Below are positions 40,370-49,607 of a DNA stretch of 64,000 nt, in pieces. The translations under genes were made by a program, and so were the position numbers. This stretch comes from Candidatus Thermosaccharophagus tengchongensis (GTDB taxonomy: Bacteria; Armatimonadota; Fervidibacteria; Fervidibacterales; Thermosaccharophagaceae). A model generated the notes under the pieces. It ran no database searches, was not told where the DNA came from, and worked only from the letters and a program-made list of their open reading frames with translations. The stretch's first letter is position 1, and each line of letters begins with the position of its first letter. The DNA lies in assembly GCA_032161105.1 (NCBI GenBank), contig JAVHTD010000001.1; one strand, written 5' to 3'.

Positions 40370-41640
40370 TAAGCGACATGGGAGTGGATGAAGTGGGTGA
40401 GTCCACCCTTTGCGCCATTGATGTTGGCACGACAAAAATTTGCACCATCATAGGTCAGGCGCATGAGGATGGCTCGCTCAGCATCCTTGGCTACAGCACA
40501 GTTCCATCAAGGGGGCTGCGAAAAGGGCTCATCGTTGATATGGAGGAAACAACTGCAGCCATAACTGAATCGCTGCGCAAGGCGGAGAAGATGGCTGGAG
40601 TGCATGTCAGCCGTGCTGTAGCCGGCATAACCGGTCATCACATTCGCGGGATAAGGAGTTCCTCTTTAATCTCAATCCACGGTGAGAGCGACATCATAAC
40701 TGAAGAGCATGTGCACAGGTTGCTCAATGAGGCGAGAATGGTCATCACCATCCCGGAGGACTATGAAGTTTTGCATGTGATCCAAAGGCAGTTTGTGGTT
40801 GACGGCTTGAGCGGGATCTCAAACCCAATTGGGATGCACGGTAGGAAGCTTGCAGTTGACGCCTACTTCGTCCTTGCGAGGGCTTCATTCATGCGCAATC
40901 TCGTTAAATGCCTTCATCATTCGGGCATTGAACATGTTGAACTTGTCTTGGAGCCGATAGCGGCAGCTGAGGCTGTGCTCACGGAAACCGAAAAGGGGAT
41001 TGGTGTGGCTTTGATTGACATTGGTGGCGGGACGACGGACATAGCTGTGTTCATTGGCGGAAACATTGCCTACTCAAGGGCTCTCCCAATCGGCGGCAAT
41101 CATGTCACGCAGGATTTATCAATTGGGTTGCGCACATCATTCCGAGAGGCAGAGAAGTTGAAGCTTGAGCACGGGTGCGCACTCCAAAGGGAAGTTGGTG
41201 CAGATGAGTTGGTTGAGGTGAGGGATGTCGGCTCAAATGCGATAAGGACTGTCCCAAAGAGGGTATTGGCGCAGATCATTGAGTTGAGGATGCGAGAGCT
41301 GCTTGAGATTTCACAGGCAGCCATTATGGAATCCGGGCTTGCAGACAACCTTGCAGGCGGGATAGTCCTCACAGGCGGCGGCTCGCTGTTAAAGCACACT
41401 GAGGAGTTGGCGAAGGAGATTATGGATCTCCCTGTCAGAGTTGGCTCTCCGAGGGTGCCAATTGAAATAAGTGAGCCGCTAAGGAGCCCAGTCTATGCCA
41501 CGAGCGTTGGCTTATTCCTGCACGCTGCAAGGCTGGCTACAGAACGCGTGAGCGAGGTTAGCGAGGGCTCATTTTGGAGGTGGCTCTCTGCGGCTCTTCG
41601 GTCGCTTGCCGAGAAGATAAAGTCGGCATTTGGGCGTTGA
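40366..41640 (+). CDS. ftsA: Cell division protein FtsA
   Basis: DVGTTKI, DIGGGTTD, GGNHVT.D, LTGGGS. Confidence 0.96.
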   Translation: MISDMGVDEVGESTLCAIDVGTTKICTIIGQAHEDGSLSILGYSTVPSRGLRKGLIVDMEETTAAITESLRKAEKMAGVHVSRAVAGITGHHIRGIRSSSLISIHGESDIITEEHVHRLLNEARMVITIPEDYEVLHVIQRQFVVDGLSGISNPIGMHGRKLAVDAYFVLARASFMRNLVKCLHHSGIEHVELVLEPIAAAEAVLTETEKGIGVALIDIGGGTTDIAVFIGGNIAYSRALPIGGNHVTQDLSIGLRTSFREAEKLKLEHGCALQREVGADELVEVRDVGSNAIRTVPKRVLAQIIELRMRELLEISQAAIMESGLADNLAGGIVLTGGGSLLKHTEELAKEIMDLPVRVGSPRVPIEISEPLRSPVYATSVGLFLHAARLATERVSEVSEGSFWRWLSAALRSLAEKIKSAFGR

Positions 41641-41689
41641 TGGATGACCGTTTTCGGAAGGGATAAGAAAATGCGGGGTGAGATAGGGG

Positions 41690-42559
41690 ATGCGCCTTTT
41701 GACATACGGGGATGCCGGTGAAGAGAGATTGGCAGTCCTAATCAATGACAGGTGGGCGATTGACCTGCACTTGGCATCAAATGGCTCACTCCCATGGGAT
41801 GCCATTGAGTTCCTCAAGGGCGACTATTGGTGTCATGTGCGCAAGCTGCTTGAGCGAGGTGAGGAAGTTGATAGGCGCGCATTGATTGAGCTTGATGGCG
41901 TGCGCATTGGTCCACCGGTGCCGATGCCGGGAAAGGTCATAGCCCTTGGGCTCAGCTACAAGGATCATGCAAGCGAGCTCAAGATGGAGCTACCGAGCGA
42001 GCCACTGCTGTTTGCCAAAGCCCCTACGGCTGTGTGTGGACCATACGACCCGATAATCTATCCTGAGGTGACAAGCCAACTTGACTATGAGGTTGAGCTG
42101 GCTGTGATCATCGGGAGGAGGTGTAAAGGTGTTAGCGAGGACGAAGCCTTAAGCTATGTTGCTGGTTACTGTGTTTTCAATGATGTGACTGCGAGGGATT
42201 TGCAAGCCAAAGACAAGCAATGGTTTCGCGGTAAGAGCTGTGACACATTTGCTCCGATGGGACCGCACCTTGTAACTCCGGATGAAGTGGGCGATGTGCA
42301 TGCGCTCAAAATCATGCTCTGGGTGAACGGCGAGTTGCGTCAAGATAGCTCAACCGCCAACCTCATCTTCGGCGTCCCTCAAATCATCTCCTTCATCAGC
42401 AAGCACATGACGCTCCTTCCCGGCGATGTGATTGCCACAGGGACGCCAAGCGGCGTTGGAATATCTCGCAATCCGCCAGCGCTGCTCAAAGTTGGAGATG
42501 TCGTTGAAGCCGAAGTTGAGCGCATCGGGCGAATACGAAATTGTGTCATATCGCCATAG
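41690..42559 (+). CDS. Fumarylacetoacetate hydrolase family protein
   Basis: DYEVEL, NDVTARD, GKSCDTF, PGDVIATGTP. Confidence 0.94.
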   Translation: MRLLTYGDAGEERLAVLINDRWAIDLHLASNGSLPWDAIEFLKGDYWCHVRKLLERGEEVDRRALIELDGVRIGPPVPMPGKVIALGLSYKDHASELKMELPSEPLLFAKAPTAVCGPYDPIIYPEVTSQLDYEVELAVIIGRRCKGVSEDEALSYVAGYCVFNDVTARDLQAKDKQWFRGKSCDTFAPMGPHLVTPDEVGDVHALKIMLWVNGELRQDSSTANLIFGVPQIISFISKHMTLLPGDVIATGTPSGVGISRNPPALLKVGDVVEAEVERIGRIRNCVISP

Positions 42560-42616
42560 CTCTTTGTGGCGCAATCTGGGCGCTCCTACAGCCTTTGTCT
42601 CCGAGGGATTTCGCTC

Positions 42617-43699
42617 ATGCACATGTGCTCAAGGATTTTAAGGAGGCTGCTTTTTGAATGGCATGTTGGGTGCGGGTTGAGGAACTTTAACAGGAGCAAG
42701 TATGAAAGCGCGCTCATGCACATTGAACGGGCTCTATCGCTGGTTGATGATGTGAGGTTGCAGGTTTATCGTGCGATTGCCCTTTTGCGCATGGGCAGAG
42801 TTGAGTTAGCCGCTCAGGTTCTCGCTCAGAACGAAGCTCGCTGCTCGGGAGATGTCGCCTCACTCGTCCTATTTGCGCGAGCTTACAGCGAACTTCGCTT
42901 GCATGAGAGGGTTCGCAGCCTATGCGAAGCTGCTCTAAGGGTTGATTCCAAGAATATCGTTGCAACCTCTCTACTTGCCCTCGCGCTGCTTGAACAGGGC
43001 GAGTCAGATAGCGCTTTGAAGCTGCTTGAGGATGGCGGACTCGCTGACGACGCCAAAATTCAATCCCGCATTCTTGCCCTGCTTGAATCGCTGGCAAGGG
43101 AACAGCAAGTCTGGGAACAAAATGCGTATGGTGACATTGAGGGCGCATTGAAAGAGCTCAAATCAACGCCGAATAAGCCCATCCCGATTGTGAGCGCCAT
43201 AGTCTCTTGGTGGCACGCATGGAGTGGCACAAGATGCGCTTCAAAGGAAAGCGTTCGTGAGTCAATCATCCACTTTGCGAGGGCTCTCAAGCACGCACCC
43301 GGTAACTTCGGTCTGCGGTTCGCATTGGGCATCTTGCTGCTTGATGCTGGTATGCCGAAGCTCGCTCAGATGGTGCTTGAAGATGCCGATGCTCAGAGCG
43401 CTCAGCCGGATTATCACCTTCTCAAGGGCGCCATCCATCTCCACTTCGGTGAGTTTGATGGCGCTCTCGCAGAGTTTGAGTTGGCAGATCAATCCTTCGC
43501 TGTAACGCATTACTATATCGGGCTCTGTGAGCTTTGCGCCGGAAAGCCGGATACCGCCGTTTCGGAATTTGAGATGGCTTTTGAGCTTGACCCGGCATTC
43601 GTGCGCGAGCGCATACGGGAGCTTGTTAAGAGGCTGCGCATGGCAATGTCCGATGAGGAGCCGAAGGCGAAATCGGCGGACGATGAGGAAGCCATCTGA
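42617..43699 (+). CDS. Tetratricopeptide repeat protein
   Basis: Repeated TPR-like helices (e.g. HYYIGLC...A..EFE.A.ELDP). Confidence 0.75.
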   Translation: MHMCSRILRRLLFEWHVGCGLRNFNRSKYESALMHIERALSLVDDVRLQVYRAIALLRMGRVELAAQVLAQNEARCSGDVASLVLFARAYSELRLHERVRSLCEAALRVDSKNIVATSLLALALLEQGESDSALKLLEDGGLADDAKIQSRILALLESLAREQQVWEQNAYGDIEGALKELKSTPNKPIPIVSAIVSWWHAWSGTRCASKESVRESIIHFARALKHAPGNFGLRFALGILLLDAGMPKLAQMVLEDADAQSAQPDYHLLKGAIHLHFGEFDGALAEFELADQSFAVTHYYIGLCELCAGKPDTAVSEFEMAFELDPAFVRERIRELVKRLRMAMSDEEPKAKSADDEEAI

Positions 43700-43771
43700 A
43701 GCATCAAGATGGCGGGTGAAAGATTCCGAAAGATTGTATTCGCTGTGAAGCGCTTTGGGCATTTCAAGCCA

Positions 43772-45091
43772 TCAAGTTGTATCATTGGTGGCGTTCACTT
43801 CCGGGGCGACGCGGAGTGTTGTGGTGAGTGTGAATCCTCTACCATCAATGTTGAACTGTGCTTCAATGAGCATTGCCACATAGCCATCAGCTGGCACTTC
43901 AACTTTCCCGATGTATTCCCCATCACGCAGCTCCGCTGCTTGCGGCGTCCACTTTGCATCTCTGAAGTCAGTTGTCGGAGATCTCGCCACCCACAAGGTG
44001 ACCCCCACCGGTTTGGGCTCCGATGAGAACTTGAGTGTCATCTCACCTTTGGCATCAACGAAGCTCCATCTCATCTTCGGGAATGGGGCGCCGCCGGCAA
44101 TGTGATGGAAGAAAGCGACGAGGGCTGCAACGACACGCTCATATTGCCCTTCAAGGTTGTGTCCGGCGTTTGGGACATAGAGCACCCACTTTTCTCCGGG
44201 CAATTCATCCCAGTAGAATTTGAGCGCATCAACAGCCCAATACCTGTCGTTGGTGGCGTTGACAATCAACTTCGGCATGGTGAATTGGTGGCGGTAGAAG
44301 TATGGGTCAACGAGTTGGACGAGCCTCTTTCCCCTCTCGGTCTGCATTTGTTCCATTAGCCCTCGCTTGGTATACTCCTCAATCATCTCGCTGTAGCGCC
44401 CGAACATCTTGAGTTGGTGTGGCATCTGCGCGAAGAAGTTCAGGTTGTCAAAGACGATGGGCACAATCCCTTTGACTCGCTTATCGCATGCGGCAGTTAG
44501 CCATGTTGTCCAGCCGCGCTTTGATGCGCCTGTGAGGACGAAGCCCATTGGCTTGGTGCCAATTCTCTCCGTGAGGAACGCTTGAACTGCATCCATGGCT
44601 TTGACGACGCTTTTAACCATTGGGAGAAGGAGAGGCAGCGTCTCATCGCCGGTCTTGAGGTATTCGCTGAATGTGTGAGCAATCAAATCGTCCTCGCGCA
44701 ACTCGCCGAACAGTGGTTGATTCGGTATGTCGTAAAGGAACACCAATGGCGCACCCATAAGAGTTGATATGACTGTGCCATAGCTATCGTCATTGTTTGA
44801 AAGCCTGCCACCAGTTATGAGCAAGCCAGCCATGTGAGGATACTTTAGCAACCCCGGAACATACACATTCAATCCGTGTTCCCACCTTATGCCATGCCAC
44901 TCCTGTGAAGTCATGTGCAGCCTGAAAATTTTGACGCCCGCCAATTCGGTTGCCTCCTTCAACTCCCACCTGAAACACCCTTCATGGCGCTGCACATAAC
45001 TGAACAGGTCGCAAACTGCAGCACCTTGCATCAGGCTACACGCAGCAAGAGTAAGGGGGAGTAGCGCTGCCCTCCATGTGGCGAACCTCAT
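43772..45091 (-). CDS. PqaA-family (PhoPQ-activated pathogenicity-related) alpha/beta hydrolase
   Basis: TSQ.W, PNQPL, ED.LIA, GASKRGWT.W, PN.GH; signal peptide. Confidence 0.9.
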   Translation of the reverse strand: MRFATWRAALLPLTLAACSLMQGAAVCDLFSYVQRHEGCFRWELKEATELAGVKIFRLHMTSQEWHGIRWEHGLNVYVPGLLKYPHMAGLLITGGRLSNNDDSYGTVISTLMGAPLVFLYDIPNQPLFGELREDDLIAHTFSEYLKTGDETLPLLLPMVKSVVKAMDAVQAFLTERIGTKPMGFVLTGASKRGWTTWLTAACDKRVKGIVPIVFDNLNFFAQMPHQLKMFGRYSEMIEEYTKRGLMEQMQTERGKRLVQLVDPYFYRHQFTMPKLIVNATNDRYWAVDALKFYWDELPGEKWVLYVPNAGHNLEGQYERVVAALVAFFHHIAGGAPFPKMRWSFVDAKGEMTLKFSSEPKPVGVTLWVARSPTTDFRDAKWTPQAAELRDGEYIGKVEVPADGYVAMLIEAQFNIDGRGFTLTTTLRVAPEVNATNDTT

Positions 45092-45385
45092 CACACTCGC
45101 CTCCTTGCACACAGGGTTTTGGGAATTTGGATTGTGAGCGGTTGGAGCTGACTTTGGCAGCTTATGAAGGCGGCGCTTTTAAGGTCTTTAGATGACAGCC
45201 TCATCACTTGTGTTTCAGCAAGGCGCATTAGTTGCATTCTTGAACATGAGAGCAACTGCTAACCAATTTATGGCTTGCCAAAAATCCCACTCATCAAGCG
45301 TTTCTCTTCCCATCATCTGCGGCTTGCGTGCCATCATATTACGGCAGCGTGCAAATTGTAAACGATAGACGGGCAACATTTCTTG

Positions 45386-45451
45386 GGAGGGTGAGGCTCC
45401 AGCCGAACCCAAACTCCGTATTTATAGGCTCACCGGGAGGTTCGCCCTCCC
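45386..45451. repeat. REP-like inverted doublet
   Basis: GGGAGGGTGAGGCTCCAGCCGAACC ... GGCTCACCGGGAGGTTCGCCCTCCC, imperfect inverted arms downstream of pilin-like gene. Confidence 0.65.
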
Positions 45452-45484
45452 TGCGATGTCACTTACAGTGTGCACACCGCCATG

Positions 45485-46186
45485 TTACCAACCTGGTGGG
45501 AAGGAATCGGAGTTAGTCCATGGCAAATATGTGCGCATAGTAGTCCGATCAGGAGCCCAGAACTTCTGGCTTGATATCCACTTAACATGCCCATCAAAGT
45601 AAGCTACATTCACGCCACCACTGTGTGGCTCAATGTAATCGGTTCCGCATCCACCACCCCGCCTCCAAGGGCGCATGCAAGCCCAAACTCCGTCAGCAAC
45701 CATGGCTAAATCGGCAGGGCGTTTGATCTGCGGGAATTTTATGTCCTCCCCCATGTCCGCTGATACAGGGCAATTGAATGCATAACTTGTCCCGTATGGC
45801 TTAACATCCGGTATCCACCACTGGCAATTTACACCACTATTCCGAAGTGTGGTTGGGCAGATAAAAAGATCCCAATTCTTGACATATGGGTGAATTAGAT
45901 GATGAAACCACATCGCAGTGTTCGGATTGTTGCAATAGCTGGGAGAGAGAGCAGCGCCGCGCCATCCGCGAAACTTCTCGTCATAGTCCTGAGCATACAT
46001 CAGGACGCCCAATGCAATCTGCTTCAAGTTGGCTTGACATTTTGCCGTCCTTGCCTTCTCCCTTGCCCTCGCAAACACAGGAAACAGTATTGCTGCCAAG
46101 ATGGCGATTATCGCTATCACCACCAGCAGCTCTATCAGCGTAAAACCTCTCCACCTCAACCTAAGCATTCCAGCTGCTCGCTTCAT
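45485..46186 (-). CDS. Prepilin-type N-terminal cleavage/methylation protein with H-X9-DG motif (DUF1559-like)
   Basis: [33 protein letters not shown]...[20 protein letters not shown]. Confidence 0.93.
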   Translation of the reverse strand: MKRAAGMLRLRWRGFTLIELLVVIAIIAILAAILFPVFARAREKARTAKCQANLKQIALGVLMYAQDYDEKFRGWRGAALSPSYCNNPNTAMWFHHLIHPYVKNWDLFICPTTLRNSGVNCQWWIPDVKPYGTSYAFNCPVSADMGEDIKFPQIKRPADLAMVADGVWACMRPWRRGGGCGTDYIEPHSGGVNVAYFDGHVKWISSQKFWAPDRTTMRTYLPWTNSDSFPPGW

Positions 46187-46438
46187 TTCACATCCCTCCT
46201 TTGAGTTTAAAAACATCGTGTGGAGATTGTGGGGCGGACGATAGTCCGCCTCACATCGTTCCTCAGTTGTGAACTCGGACAGCTGCCCCTGCGAACTTTC
46301 ACTGCATCACCTCCTTCGGTGTGAGATTGACCCCGTTCAGAAAACCCAACTCCCACAACCCAACTTTGGCACAGCGCAATTTGATTGTAAAGTCTCACAT
46401 TGCAATCTCGTCAAACGACATCAATTGAGCAAGGCATT

Positions 46439-46851
46439 GTTCGTAGTAAGCCACAAAGCGGAGTGGCGTCATCATGACATCGCTCGTAGTAAGCCACGAA
46501 GCGTTAGCGAAGTGGCGTCCATCATGACATCATTGACGGCACTTCACTTCGTTTCGTGCCTTACTACGAACCTCACAACCGTTCGTAGTAAGCCACGAAG
46601 CGTAAGCGAAGTGGCGTTCATCATGGCATCGTTGACAGCACTCCACTTCGTTTCGTGCCTTACTACAAACCTCCGCCACAAAGCGAAAGTGGCATCCTCA
46701 TAACATCGTTCGTAGTAAGCCACGAAGCGTAAGCGGAGTGGCGTTCATCATGGCATCGTTGACGGCACTCCACTTCGTTTCGTGCCTCACTACGAACCCC
46801 ATAATCGTTGTAAGCCACGAAGGGAAAGCGAAGTGGCGTCCTCATGGCATC
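46439..46851. repeat. Cluster of 90-bp palindromic REP-doublet (REPIN/BIME-like) units
   Basis: Full units 46482-46571, 46581-46670, 46708-46797 (GTTCGTAGTAAGCCAC...GTGCCTYACTACGAAC) plus partial left halves. Confidence 0.85.
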
Positions 46852-46875
46852 AGAACTTTTGAATTACATCTTGAC

Positions 46876-48354
46876 TCACCTTAATCTTTGTATGAACCAA
46901 CTTGCGTGTCTGTCGTATGTTTCAAATGGGTCGTCCATGATGAACCATTGCCTTTCGTTGAACAGCCCGCACACAAGCGAAATGCAGTCCCATTCAATGA
47001 TGTAATTTGTCACGCCGCGCCTTATGAGCTCCCTTATCACTCGGCTGCGCGCATAAGCCCTTGTGTTGCGCGGGGGATGCAGCATTGCCTCCTCAATTTT
47101 CTCGTCAGTGGTGACGCGCGTGGCGCTGCCGTTTCGCTGGAGCACATAGAACAAGCCCTCGCTTGGGTTGATGTTGTGATACTCCAAGTCAATGCTGAAT
47201 AGGGCATCATCGTTCCAGTCAATTCCTTCGGCATCCATATACAGCTGCAGCATCTTAAGTTTGGTCACCCAATCAAGCTTGCCCGAAAGCTGCATTGGGT
47301 CTTCCTCAAGCTTATCCAGAACATACTCCCACTCTCGTATTATCCAGTCCGTCTCCATATCCCTGCCGAGCAGGTTGCGTTTTGCGGCTTCAAGATATTG
47401 CCTTTGGATGTCAATAGCCGATATCGTTGTCCCTTCTCGCAATGTTGTTATCCAGCGCCAGCTCATATCTCGTGAAATCTCGCGCAGCGATTTTATCGGA
47501 TGGGCGAGTTCAATTGTCGGCGCACACTTCATTTCAATCAAGTCAAGCACGAGTGCCGTCGTCCCAATTTTTAAAGCCGCTGCATACTCTGAGACATTTG
47601 ATTCTCCGAAGAGGAGGTGAAGGCGCGTGTAGCGTGAGAAGTCATGATAGCTGTCCCACTTCGGGTTTATAAGCCCGCGATTGAAGCGCACCCTGCCAGA
47701 GACAACATGCAGTATATGATCGGCACGCTGCGAAAGTTGAAACTTCACATCCGGGTCTGGCTTCACCTCATATGCGAAGTCCACAAACACATAGTCAATG
47801 TCATGTGAGGCAAATGGGCGTCTTGAGCGCTTTGTCGGGATGAGCTTATGTCCACCAACCCTTCCGGCACCGGCAAATATTTGCCTTGTGACCAAGAAAG
47901 CTACAAGCGGTTGCAACGCCTTCCGTGAAAAGTATTGGTCTGGGCGGAGTGAATAGTTTTCATGGCAGCCGAATGTGTGCCCGCCAAAATGGTCAATGCT
48001 GTTGTTGTGGAAGCTGACTTTGCCCTCCAAACCGAGCTCCTCAATTGCCCGGCAGATTATCCTCTGCCCGGCTTTGTCGTATGCGACTATGTCAAACACG
48101 GAGCGGCATTCCGGGGTAGCATACTCCTCGTGAGAACCAACCGCATCAATGTATAGCCTACCGCCATTTATCAGGAAGCCACCCGAGCGAGCCGGCTCAA
48201 AGAATGGGTCTCTAACATGCCAGTCAAGCAGCCCCCACTTGTTTTCCTTGAAGATGGCATCTTTTACCAACTCAACAACTTTCTCTGGCGGTCCGAGTGA
48301 TGGATCTCTCACAAAGCATCCGAATTCCGTCTCAATGCCGAATACCCTCTCCAT
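46876..48354 (-). CDS. pafA: Pup/UBact-protein ligase (PafA family)
   Basis: GIETEFG, NGGRLYIDAVGSHEEYATPEC, GCHENY, SQRA, RLH, LDWVTK, DLEYH. Confidence 0.88.
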   Translation of the reverse strand: MERVFGIETEFGCFVRDPSLGPPEKVVELVKDAIFKENKWGLLDWHVRDPFFEPARSGGFLINGGRLYIDAVGSHEEYATPECRSVFDIVAYDKAGQRIICRAIEELGLEGKVSFHNNSIDHFGGHTFGCHENYSLRPDQYFSRKALQPLVAFLVTRQIFAGAGRVGGHKLIPTKRSRRPFASHDIDYVFVDFAYEVKPDPDVKFQLSQRADHILHVVSGRVRFNRGLINPKWDSYHDFSRYTRLHLLFGESNVSEYAAALKIGTTALVLDLIEMKCAPTIELAHPIKSLREISRDMSWRWITTLREGTTISAIDIQRQYLEAAKRNLLGRDMETDWIIREWEYVLDKLEEDPMQLSGKLDWVTKLKMLQLYMDAEGIDWNDDALFSIDLEYHNINPSEGLFYVLQRNGSATRVTTDEKIEEAMLHPPRNTRAYARSRVIRELIRRGVTNYIIEWDCISLVCGLFNERQWFIMDDPFETYDRHASWFIQRLR

Positions 48355-48691
48355 GATGCTCTCATTCCCTATGGCTCAAGAGAGTTAATCAATCCGCGAG
48401 CGTTTGGGTTGCGACCGCACAGGCATTGCAAGCGATATGGCACACATGCAAGCAACTGCCTTCAGCTTGCCCCCTTGCGCTATCAGAATTGACCCCATTT
48501 GCCCGCCGCAAAACTCAGCTAACCATTATAACTCTCGGTGTCCTACGGGTGATAACCCAAAGGTGGCAATAAAGTGCCATGAGTGTGGTGTGGCTTGCAT
48601 CGTCGGATTATCCCGAGGGTGCATCATCTGCGTGTCAACATGGCATCTGAGGAGCGATCTATTCCCTCACAATGTGCTTCCTCTCCTTGAG

Positions 48692-49486
48692 TCACGCCGA
48701 AAGGCTTGAGAGCACCATTTCAACTCGCTCATCGGTGAGCATCTTGAATCGTCTCTCACTCACTGAATGCCGTTCAAGCAGGGCAGCTTCAACTTTCCCA
48801 TCCCTCAGGCTACGCTTCAATGCATCAATGAGCGTCTCCGAGGTGGGTTTGCACCCAGCCTCATCTCCAGAAGGCGCGCCGCTATCAGCTTTAACCTTTC
48901 CGAGTGCCCATGCCATCAAAGCAACTTGCAATGCCTCATCCAAAGTTGCATCGCCCAACTTCAGGTGCTCCTTGACGAATCGCTCCATCTCCGCTTCAAC
49001 CTCAACGACGCCAGCAATGGCTGCGACTTGCTCACGCTGCACAAACTCGCCATCGTAGTTGAGCACGATGAATGTATCCTCACCAATGCTTTCTCCAACC
49101 TGCGCAAACAGCCCTCGCACGACAAACGGCGTTCTGAATGGGTCGCTAAATGCCCTTCTAACATTCGGACTCACTGAGAAGCCAACCACCCTCTGTATTG
49201 AAACATCCTCCGGGCTGCGCTGGAAACCCTCAACATGGGCAAAGTCAACTGCGAGCATCCTTATGGCTTCAATGTCGGCTTGCTGACCGATGGCTGCAAA
49301 TGCGAGCCTGTCATACACCTCGTAAATTTTTCGCTGCGAGCCGCGCACAGTCGCAATTAGCACACCAAAGCCGCAACTAACACCAATTACAGGGCTGCCG
49401 AGGCGAAGTCTGTCCTCAACATAATCAGCCTTCTGACGAAGCATCTGTGCCCAATCGTAAGGTGTGTAAACCATGACCTGACTCAT
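48692..49486 (-). CDS. prcA: 20S proteasome alpha subunit
   Basis: TPYDWAQMLRQKADYVEDRLRLGSPV, RKIYEVYDR.AFAAIG, VEAALLER; next to pafA. Confidence 0.88.
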   Translation of the reverse strand: MSQVMVYTPYDWAQMLRQKADYVEDRLRLGSPVIGVSCGFGVLIATVRGSQRKIYEVYDRLAFAAIGQQADIEAIRMLAVDFAHVEGFQRSPEDVSIQRVVGFSVSPNVRRAFSDPFRTPFVVRGLFAQVGESIGEDTFIVLNYDGEFVQREQVAAIAGVVEVEAEMERFVKEHLKLGDATLDEALQVALMAWALGKVKADSGAPSGDEAGCKPTSETLIDALKRSLRDGKVEAALLERHSVSERRFKMLTDERVEMVLSSLSA

Positions 49487-49607
49487 ACCCTCACTTTATC
49501 GTGGGTTCGCAATCTCGTTCCTTCCCAACAAGCCCGGTTCATCCCATCATACAACTGTAGGAGGCAGCTTTAGCTGCGACAAGCTTATCCAAACCATGGG
49601 AATAGCT

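Noticed and set aside
46269..46703. ORFs with internal repeats over the palindrome clusters (also 58227-58484)
   Set aside because: Translation artefacts of the DNA repeat
46439..46851. CRISPR array (also 58342-58593)
   Set aside because: Units are 90 bp with near-constant 9-bp linkers and no unique spacers; no cas genes
48355..48691. Pup/UBact modifier gene between prcA and pafA (also 49487-49607)
   Set aside because: No minus-strand small ORF ending in GGE/GGQ or R[ST]G[EQ] was found
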